From the NCBI GenBank assembly GCA_002269645.1, contig NIVC01000385.1, forward strand, positions 186,001 to 250,000: DNA of 64,000 nt, in the 5' to 3' direction. The notes under the pieces are model-generated. The model was not told where the DNA came from, searched no databases, and was given only the letters and a program-made list of their open reading frames with translations. This DNA comes from Macrostomum lignano. Taxonomy: Eukaryota. Within the stretch, counting starts at the first letter, position 1; each line of letters starts with the position of its first letter. Shown piece after piece: positions 53,601 to 64,000 of the stretch. The translations under genes were made by a program, and so were the position numbers.

Positions 53601-56600
53601 CTGCACAGATCCACAGTGCAGCCCCTGATTCTTAAAAACCAGCAGAACACGAAACTGCACAGATCCACAGTACAGTCCCTGATTCTTAGAAACCAGCAGA
53701 ACACGAAACTGCACAGATCCACAGTGCAGTCCCTGATTCTTAGAAACCAGCAGAACACGAAACTGCACCGATCCACAGTGCAGCCCCTGATTCTTAGAAA
53801 CCAGCAGAACACGAAACTGCACAGATCCACAGTGCAGCCCCTGATTCTTAGAAACCAGCAGAACACGAAACTGCACCGATCCACAGTGCAGTCCCTGATT
53901 CTTAGAAACCAGCAGAACACGGAACCGCACAGATCCACAGTGCAGCCCCTGATTCTTAGAAACCAGCAGAACACGAAACTGCACAGATCCACAGTGCAGC
54001 CCCTGATTCTTAGAAACCATCAGAACACAAAACTGCACACAACTGCAGCCCCTGATTCCAAAACGCTTGAACTCACAAGCCACCTCATCGATCCGTTTCT
54101 TTCTTGGCCGGCCCTTCTGCACAGCGCCGGTCCCGTTGTAGAAGGCCGGAGCCTGGGCGCAGAAAGACGTCGACGAGGCCTCCGACAGTCGGCGATGCCG
54201 CAACGTCTGCAACAGTATCTCGTAGTCGTCTCGACAGTACACGATGCCCTCCTGCAGGCCGAAGAGCTCACCGGTTCTCAAACGCCGGCTGCACGTGGCG
54301 CAGGCAAAGCAGTCCAAATGGAACACCAGGCCGGGCACTCGCATCACCAGCTCGTTCGTGTCGATTTTCTGCCCGCATCTGGCGCATGTGCCGCACTTGA
54401 AGATGCTGAAGAAGTGACGAGTATTTGTTGAAAATGTGTTGAAATGAGGGTTACTTTTCCTGATAGAACAGGGGACTGAAGAGTAACTCTGTGATGTCGA
54501 ATTTTCGCATCAAAGCACACTTATAGAGTATCGCATCTATCATCGTATCGTGATTTACAGGAATCTTCCCTGCAAGAAAAGTCCTTCCTACCTGCAATTT
54601 CCAACAGGTGAGTTTGTCAGAGTTAAAAACAAAGACTCCTTATAAGAATGAACGAAGTTTAACGACAGTGACTTCTTCAAATGGTCCATGGTCAACAGAT
54701 TTAGCAACAGCGCTCTAAGAAGCGTTTTTTTATCGAGTCGCATCAATCTTGACGCAATGCCATTCGGCATCAGTTTATTGATCCGGAAATGGAGAAAATG
54801 CGGCTAATTATAATTGGTCTCAAAGAGGCAAACTCATCATCTATCTAGCGAGTTGCTCCTGCTCAGTGATGAAAGGCAAGCAGGCGCGCGGTCGCTCGGC
54901 GGGTGCATATTATTCGAATTCCTTTGTTGCCCCCGCTTGAGTGAACACTTTTATCTTTGCAATATTTCAATGCCTTTTACCCCTTTCTTCTATCAAGCAC
55001 GTAGGGCCAGGGGAGGAGGCACCTTCAAAGAAAACAGACTCTCTCATCCACAGTTGGCTCCGCCTTTGTCAAGCAGTTTTGAAACGCATCCGTCAGAGAT
55101 TCACTGCGAGCTGACTGAGCTGCTGCCGCCTATGGGCATTTAGCCTGATGTAGAGAGTGTCAATGCGCACACGGCTACAGAGACTGCCAGTGTGGTGAAA
55201 TCCTATACTGGAACAGCTTCCGCTGAGGTTAGCTCAACGTAGAATTCTATATTATATAGCCTCGAGGCATGCAGAAAAAGAAGCAAGGGGCTGACGCGCA
55301 TGACGCTAGCTGATTTCCTCTAGCCATAGTATGGATCTAGTCTCGTTTTGCTCATTTTTGCGACCGCCTGTAGCCTCAGTCTGCCAGCAAACATGCGCCA
55401 TAGGCAAGGGATTCGATCTTATACTGCAAAATCAAAATCAACTCTCCTGTTACACCTTGCAAGCAAGCACCCAATCACCCGAGGCGGTACGGTGCGCAGG
55501 ATTTGTGATTTTGTTGTCATCCTCGATTCGAATCAATAGCTCCCATGGGTTTATTTGTAGACTTTGCACAGATTGCACAGATTTCACTTCACTAATGAAG
55601 TGAAACTAAAACTGCAGTTTCAACGCAAAGTCTTGTACAGAAGTCGCTCGCAGAAGGATCGACATCTAGATACTTTTAGTCTACTCGAAGACAGAGGCTG
55701 TTGCGGGCAGAAAGAGCGCCGCAAAGGAGAGCGGCAGCTTGTCTGCTCAGCATGGGGCGCTCCTTAGACCAGTGGGTCTCAGCGGGGGTCGGGATTGTTC
55801 CTATACTATGCTGAATCCAGGCGTGCTTGGCTCTGCAGTGTATGAGGAAACTCCATCGACTGCGGCAGATGTGCGGCCTCTTTTATCAGGGCCGCCTCTG
55901 CTTCTTCCCCCCCCCCTGTTCCTTCAAGCTTTGTTGCGAAAGATTTTAAGCGTGTGTGTGTGTCTGTGTGTGTGAGCGCGTCCAATGCCCTCAAATGAAA
56001 TTCGCAACCACAGCCCACACCGCTTTGAGGATTTTTCGCCTGAAGCACCCCCCCCCCCCCGATGCCACTTGGAGAGCTTTTCAATTGTTGGAATGTGGCG
56101 ATTCGCCTAAGAGCTATTTTAGGAAGAATCGGGGACGGACAATATACTAGGCTACAGACCCCCGATAGCAACTGCAGACCCCCACCAGTCTGTCTTCGCT
56201 CCATTATATACAGTGGTCTTCCAACCCCCACCAACCCCTCCGGAGGTTCACACCGCACCGCAGGGTGCCACTTTGAAGGAGCCGATCCCTCTTCAACTTC
56301 TACTCGATACAGCTTGAACTCTGAACCTACCGCAGGCGATTTAAGTCGCCTATATAGAATAGCTCGTATATATAGTCCTTGAAACTCTCTCCCCTTGCTT
56401 TTGACTACAACTTTAACGGCAGATCGGTAAACTTGCCTGCAGGCATTGTTCAGCGATTATTTATGATTGACTGCCTCACTGTTTTCTGAATGCATGGCGT
56501 TTATTGCCATCGATTTGAACAATGCTTCATTCTAATTATAAAGTACTCCTGACTCTATACTCGTAGTTAGCTCTCCTGACACTATTACTCCTGACTCTAT

Positions 56601-57917
56601 AGTTAGCTCTCCTGACACTATTACTCCTGACTCTATAGTTAGCTCTCCTGACACTATTACTCCTGACTCTATAGTTAGCTCTCCTGACACTATTACTCCT
56701 GACTCTATAGTTAGCTCTCCTGACACTAAACTCCTGACTCTGTAGTTAGCTCTCCTGACACTAAACTCCTGACTCTATAGTTAGCTCTCCTGACACTATT
56801 ACTCCTGACTCTATAGTTAGCTCTCCTGACACTAAACTCCTGACTCTATAGTTAGCTCTCCTGACACTATACTCCTGACTCTCTATAGTTACGAAACTAT
56901 GCTTCTGACAGTAGAGCTATGAAGAGCTATTTCAGGAGATTCAGGAGATATTTCAGGAGCTATGCTCGTAGCTCTCCTGAAACTATGCTTCTGACTTTCT
57001 ATTTAGCTCTCCTGACACTAAACTCCTGACTCTGTAGTCAGCTCTCCTGACACTAAACTCCTGACTCTGTAGTCAGCTCTCCTGACACTAAACTCCTGAC
57101 TCTGTAGTCAGCTCTCCTGACACTAAACTCCTGACTCTGTAGTCAGCTCTCCTGACACTAAATTCCTGACTCTGTAGTCAGCTCTCCTGACACTAAACTC
57201 CTGACTCTGTAGTCAGCCCTCCTGACACTAAATTCCTGACTCTGTAGTCAGCTCTCCTGACACTAAACTCCTGACTCTGTAGTCAGCCCTCCTGACACTA
57301 AATTCCTGACTCTGTAGTCAGCTCTCCTGACACTAAACTCCTGACTCTGTAGTCAGCCCTCCTGACACTAAACTCCTGACTCTGTAGTCAGCTCTTCTGA
57401 CACTAAACTCCTGACTCTGTAGTCAGCTCTTCTGACACTAAACTCCTGACTCTGAAGTAAGCTCTCCTGACACTAAACTCCTGACTCTGAAGTCAGCTCT
57501 CCTGACACTAAACTCCTGACTCTGTAGTCAGCTCTCCTGACACTATGCTCCTGACTCTCTTGTCGGCTCTTCTGGCATGCCCCGATATTTGCATGATAAA
57601 TGACATCGCACACATCAGCTTGATCTATATTGGCAGACAAGCACTCACCGAGCATAGTCCTGCTTGCAGTACACCAGTCCGTGCTTGCAGTAGCACGTGA
57701 CCTCGTGAGCCAGCGGTGTCTGGCAGGCGGCGCAGCGCAGGCACTCGGCGTGCCAGAAGCCGCTGTCACCAGTCTGCAGAAAGTAGCGCTCGCGGATTTC
57801 TTCGCCACAGCCGGAGCAGTTCTGACGCGACTGAAACGACGTGACGACGGACGACTGCGACTGGCTGTCGGGACACAACAGCTGCTGGCAACCTTCTGCG
57901 TCTAGGAGAGTCAGCAT
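50631..57917 (-). CDS. Lhx2/9: LIM-homeobox transcription factor Lhx2/9 (apterous), ~380 aa; exons 57917-57649, 54405-54077, 52681-52491, 50984-50631
   Basis: Two complete LIM domains; subfamily signature YNGTGAVQKGRPRKKR; homeodomain KRMRTSFKHHQIRTMKAYFGLNHNPDAKDLKQLAEKTGLSKRVLQ|VWFQNARAKFRR. Phases 2/1/0 are consistent (1143 nt). The start codon is uncertain because an acceptor lies at 57902. Confidence 0.95.
51000..51347. repeat. Minisatellite, 15-bp unit ACAATGTGAGAGTGG, abutting the last Lhx2/9 acceptor
   Basis: About 23 units. Confidence 0.97.
52022..52335. repeat. Minisatellite, ~35-bp unit CAGGTGAGATTTTAGCGCCAATTTAGCGCTAGCCG
   Basis: About 9 units with an internal palindrome TAGCGCTA. 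Confidence 0.92.
53215..54050. repeat. Minisatellite, 54-bp unit GAAACTGCACAGATCCACAGTGCAGCCCCTGATTCTTAGAAACCAGCAGAACAC
   Basis: About 15 units in Lhx2/9 intron 2. Confidence 0.97.
56545..57560. repeat. Minisatellite, 35-36-bp unit GCTCTCCTGACACTAAACTCCTGACTCTGTAGTCA
   Basis: About 27 units in Lhx2/9 intron 1, with a disrupted segment at ~56890-56990. Confidence 0.95.
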
Positions 57918-58010
57918 TGGCGAAGGGACTCAGAAATCAGGGAATCGAGCTGCAGTGCTGCGAGTTTGCGCCTTGCTTCAATTGTTGTGAGTTTTTTTTG
58001 CAGGCGATCT

Positions 58011-58055
58011 CATTAATAAATGGGCAACTCCCTGTTGGCGGTGGCCTCAGCCAAT
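58011..58055 (-). promoter_or_regulatory. Possible Lhx2/9 core promoter (CCAAT box plus AT-rich box)
   Basis: CCAAT at 58051-58055 and TTTATTAATG (minus strand) at 58011-58020, about 100-140 nt upstream of ATG 57917. Motif match only. Confidence 0.25.
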
Positions 58056-58173
58056 AGGATTGAAGCCGCTGAATTCAAGGGCGGCAACTATTCGACCAAT
58101 GGAAGCTGATGGTGTGCTGTGTTGACGAATTGCAGCAGTTTGACTTGAAATCTGGGGCAATTATACTGTTCAG

Positions 58174-58349
58174 GCTGTTCATGCTGTTCATGCTGTTCAT
58201 GCTGTTCATGCTGTTCATGCTGTTCATGCTGTTCATGCTGTTCATGCTGTTCATGCTGTTCATGCTGTTCATGCTGTTCATGCTGTTCGTGCTGTTCATG
58301 CTGTTCATGCTGTTCATGCTGTCATGCTGTTCATGCTGTTCATGCTGTT
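58174..58349. repeat. 9-bp repeat (GCTGTTCAT)n, about 19 units
   Basis: Visible tandem units. Confidence 0.97.
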
Positions 58350-58539
58350 CCTACCGTTTATGAACTAGCAAATTAGAAGAGAAAAAACTTTTGCATTTGA
58401 ATTTAGATTATTCCTAATCGCTACGTTCTGACACTGACAAACTGATGCTGAACGCTTCTGAACTCGGTTTTCTTAGAAATCTGGAAGCGCGGGCAAGGGG
58501 GGCTACGCCTCCCATCGGCTGGCAAAGCATGTGGCGCCC

Positions 58540-59270
58540 CTTTTCCAGCAGACTTGGCGCCCCCTAATCAAGAAGGCTTGGCGCCCCCCTATCCAGCAGG
58601 CTTGGCGCCCCCCTTTCCAGCAGGCTTGGCGCCCCCCCCCCCTATCCAGCAGGCTTGGCGCCCCCCTATCCAGCAGACTTGGTGCCCCCCTATCCAGCAG
58701 GCTTGGCGCCCCCCCCCCTATCCAGCAGGCTTGGCGCCCCCCTATCCAGCAGGCTTGGCGCCCCCCCCTTTCCAGCAGGCTTGGCGCCCCCCTATCCAGC
58801 AGACTTGGCGCCCCCCTATCCAGCAGACTTGGTGCCCCCTATCCAGCAGGCTTGGCGCCCCCTATCCAGCAGACTTGGCGCCCCCCCCCCTTTCCAGCAG
58901 GCTTGGCGCCCCCCCTTTCCAGCAGGCTTGGCGCCCCCCTATCCAGCAGGCTTGGCGCCCGGATCCAGCAGACTTGGCGCCCCCCCTTTCCAGCAGGCTT
59001 GGCGCCCCCCTATCCAGCAGACTTGGCGCCCCCCTATCCAGCAGACTTGGCGCCCCCCTATCCAGCAGGCTTGGCGACCCCCTATCCAGCAGACTTGGCG
59101 CCCCCCTATCCAGCAGGCTTGGCGCCCCCTATCCAGCAGACTTGGCGCCCCCCCCTTTCCAGCAGGCTTGGCGCCCCCCTATCCAGCAGACTTGGCGCCC
59201 CCCCCTATCCATCAGGCTTGGCGCCCCCCTATCCAGCAGACTTGGCGCCCCCCCTATCCATCAGGCTTGG
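58540..59270. repeat. GC-rich minisatellite, ~23-26-bp unit GGCTTGGCGCCCCCCTATCCAGCA with a variable poly-C
   Basis: About 30 units; source of the false Pro-rich ORFs. Confidence 0.95.
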
Positions 59271-61460
59271 CGCTACCCCTCTTTTCCAGATGAGATTTCA
59301 GCCGGCCCCCAAACTCCTCGCGCGACCCCTTAAAAATTGAAGGGATTGGATGAAGAGGCTTGAGGTGTCAAATTCGAGGCATCCTCTACGGTAGCCTTAC
59401 TGTAGGGACAAGTGATGCAACACCTGACCCTATAGTTCGTAAATTATCGCCTCGCATCTGCCACCCACAAGCTGCTGAGATTGAGATCAAAGAGCTCTTC
59501 TGGTTGCTACGAGCTAACTTCAATCTTCAAACTGCGAGGCCCTCGGCGCGGCCACGAATTCATTCGATCCCCAGACCAAAGGCTTACATGTAATCCATGC
59601 AGTGCGCGGCGCGCTATTAATTAATTATTGCAATAGAGGCATCCAGCGGTAGCATGACAGCTTCAAGTTTGCTGTGGTGGTCGCGTCAGCACAATTAGAT
59701 ATGCATGTAGAAGATTATAACGCACACCAAAGCTTTTTCATTTCCAGATTTCTTAGTCTTTTTTAGTTACATGCCTACGAGCTATACGTACAGCATACGT
59801 GTACATGTTTAATCTTTTGGGTTTGTTTGCATTACAGTTTCACATACAGAAGCAAAAAATCAAAATGGTTAAGCTTTTTATCTTTTAAAATAGGTAACAG
59901 ATGATGACGGGACGGGAGGTTCCGTAGGGTGTAGAAGGATTTGATGTCGGAGACATTTACAAATGTGTAAGCGTGTATTTTTGCAGGTATAATTGTACTT
60001 GAAATGTACCGCGTGTGGTACTTTTGTATAACTTTTGGTGTAAACAAAACTTTCGAAAGATTCTTGGAACTAATCTAATCACTTTTGCATTTTCATAACT
60101 ATGTACCTTTCACTGTAATGAAAGTTCAAACGAGTCTATTTCTGCCTGTTATGCGGCGTGAGTCTTCATTAAATATTTCCTAGACGTGTGAGCGTCTCGA
60201 TCGTCTTGCTCATGTTACATTTTCATCCAATCCTTATATGTTCCTTGAGTAGTCTCCTATAGATATTTTAGCTGTTTCTGAAGCCTCGTTAAAGCTTAAT
60301 TTGATTTTCCTTCCTTACTTTTTTTGCAGGTTAGCAACCAGCCGACTGAATAGTAACTCCGGTATTACAGTTTTAACAAAATGAAATGTCTAAAGTGTTG
60401 CAAAATGATAGCTGTTTAAACTTATATCAATATAAATGAGAAGAGAGCTATGTAATCTTGCTTAACAACTTTTTTAATTGTAAACTTTAAAAAATCTTGT
60501 TGTTAGGTTCAGTTTACTATAAATTTAATCTGTTATAAAATCCCGATTTCAGGTAAACCTAAATGAATCATAGATATAATTTAACTTATTTAGCTTTATA
60601 GTAATATAAATATAATAATAAAAGATAACATAAACATTTAAGCCAAGAAAACTGCAAAATGAACGAAGTATTGTTTATTCGACAGCTAAAACCCATCAGT
60701 CGAACTTTCAACATGAATAAAATATTCCTATGCTATGTAAAATAATCCAGCTATACCAAATGTCTAAGATTAATTTGTTTGTATGTCTGTATCCAGTATA
60801 ATAATTTTGAAGACATTTGCAAAACAGGACCAGTATGAAAGATAGCTGGAGTCCATTTGATTAAATATTTACGAAACAGACTCTATCTGTCTGGTAATAA
60901 ATATAATGTAATAATAAAGTTAAAGTAGTAATAATGTGATAAATTATTTTTACGACTTCAAATTGTTAAGTATAATAAATTTATGTATAAAGTGCTATAT
61001 AGCAAAGCATTTATCAGCAAATTTAAATCTCTGACCACTGACTAGTGGTTAGGTACTATTATTGCTGCAACTTTAATGTTATCTATTTATTATTGTATAT
61101 TTTTCATAAAAAATAAAGTTAACATTTAAAACATTCAAATGGAGGCGTTACAATAAAATCAGATAAAAGAGATTTAATTAAATGATTTTTGATTGTATAG
61201 TATATTTATTATTTTGTATACTACTGGGGTTTTTGAGTGCATATTGCAAAACAGAAGTGATATCAAATAGAAAGTTTAGTAATAGAAATAGATTGTGTTA
61301 ATTAATACCATGGTTTATATACGTCTTTTTGTATTTTAAATATCCATAATTTTGAACTACCAATAGTAGTTCATGCTTTTTTAAATTGTCAATGTTTATT
61401 TTTTAACTGTTTGATTCAATTTCTCAAAAAAACTTGCATGCCAAGCACCAAGAGGACAAA

Positions 61461-62717
61461 ATGCCTGGAGTCGAAAATCAGCAGCGGCAGCAGACGCAGC
61501 ACGTGCTGTATGGAGACGAGTACGTATCCAGCGAGCTGCTCTCGGAGTACCAGACGCTGCAGAGGCAGCTGAAGATTCTCGAATCCGACCGGCGTCTGCA
61601 CTCGCTGGAGGCGGCCGAAGTTGCCAGGCAGCAGCGCGCCGATCTGCGCAGGCTGGAGGAGGAGAACGGCGAACTGCGACGCAACATCGCGGCAGCGCGG
61701 AGTCGTTCGGCGAAGCGCGAGCGTCAGGCAGAGACGTCGCGTCTGCGGGAGCTGGTCGGCGAACTCGAATCTCTGGAGGCGGAGGTGCGCAGCGTGCGCG
61801 AGGCTCACATGCAGCTGGACGCAAAGATTCGAGAGGCTCGAAAGCGAGTTCGACAGACTCGAGTCGCTCGAGGCGGTACCGGAGCCGCTGCTGGGGCGGA
61901 GCGGTCGCTACAGGTGAGAATCTTGGCTTTTACATCCGAAATATCGATCAATTTTTTGACTGGCTATAATTTCATTATTTATAGTTGCCCATAAATGCAA
62001 ATTTTATTTTAGGAAATTTATCTGGGCTATGTGTCTTGGGAAGCAACAAAAGAAATGATGAAAATAGTTTCTTTAAACGTCTCTCCCTTCTCTCCCGTCT
62101 CGCCTTGGCATCCCAGCAACTCCTCATTGAGCCATGGCATCTCAGCAACTCCCCATTGAGCCATGGCATCTCACCAACTCCCCATTGAGCCTTGGGATCT
62201 CAGCAACTCCCCATTGAACCATGGCATCTCAGCAACTCCCCATTGAGCTACATGTATGGCATCTCAGCAACTCAAAGAGCATCATATTCTGTATTTGTGC
62301 CGCGATTGCTTAATTATATTTGAGCCTTGAATTTTTTATAATTCTTTCTGCCTGACACTTATAAAAAAGCCGGAGCTGAATATACTGTTAAATTTATTGA
62401 AGCACAATACTGCACACTGCACTCAGGAAACGATCGTCTTATACGAGAAGAAACTGGAAAGCCGCTGCGTCAAATACCAAACTGTGGTGTGGGAGAACGC
62501 AAAAATGCGCGAGTCGCTCGATCATTTGCGCGCCGATCGGCAGAAGTTTCTCAGCGTGCGCGAACGCCTTCAGGCGGAGCTTCAGCGGATTCAACGACGT
62601 AGAGCGGGCCTCACAGAGTCGGCCACCGAGGCCTACAGGGATAGCGAGGACTCACGGCGCCGCGTCAGGGAGCTGCAGGAACGGGAGAATGCGACTGCGG
62701 ATGAGCATGCGCTCAGG
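61461..62717 (+). CDS. ODAD1: Outer dynein arm docking complex subunit (ODAD1/CCDC114/CCDC63 family), 5' part; exons 61461-61913, 62427-62717, continuing beyond the window
   Basis: Coiled coil with [15 protein letters not shown]...RQQR..L..L..EN.EL, a GG linker, and LE....KY..V..EN.KMRE.LD.LR.DR.KF......L..EL...S..AY pattern recalled for the family. Phase-0 GT-AG intron. Confidence 0.75.
62125..62270. repeat. Short tandem repeat, ~29-bp unit GGCATCTCAGCAACTCCCCATTGAGCCAT, about 5 copies
   Basis: Visible tandem units in ODAD1 intron 1. Confidence 0.85.
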
Positions 62718-62723
62718 GTGAGC

Positions 62724-64000
<1,277 letters not shown>

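Noticed and set aside
53166-54431. 421-aa plus-strand ORF and 316-aa minus-strand ORF
   Set aside because: These are 54-bp repeat translations plus the antisense of the Lhx2/9 LIM2 exon.
58075-58317. Poly-(MNS) ORF as an N-terminal Lhx2/9 exon
   Set aside because: It is a 9-bp repeat translation ending in a stop with no suitable donor, and the array contains a 1-nt deletion.
58531-59340. Three Pro-rich ORFs resembling extensin or WW-ligand proteins
   Set aside because: They come from a poly-C minisatellite with frame-shifting unit lengths; all frames give the same motifs.

Overview
Eukaryotic (metazoan) genomic DNA, not prokaryotic. GC-rich exons lie among AT-rich spacers and introns packed with minisatellites. 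The style resembles free-living flatworm (Macrostomum-like) genomes, but that is inference only. Genes reconstructed by hand, with splice phases checked: two tandem copies of a cytochrome-b5-fused fatty-acid/sphingolipid desaturase on + (one with only its 3' end in the window; the complete copy is intronless); a Csk-like tyrosine kinase (-, 3 coding exons, no SH3 found); intronless KDEL receptor and TMEM203 (+); a MIER-family protein whose ELM2 core appears deleted (+); a 10-exon NCKX/SLC24 exchanger (-); a 4-exon Lhx2/9 (apterous) LIM-homeobox gene (-); and the 5' part of an ODAD1/CCDC63-like dynein docking protein (+). There are about 20 tandem arrays, one hAT-type MITE with a perfect 8-bp TSD that carries a minisatellite, two foldback elements, a tRNA-SINE-like fragment and a dispersed repeat whose inverted copies flank a Csk exon. 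Most long ORFs in the supplied track are repeat artefacts. No CRISPR, rRNA or intact tRNA was seen. Best leads: the ELM2-less MIER, the His-for-Gln third box of the desaturase, and minisatellites anchored at or built from splice signals.
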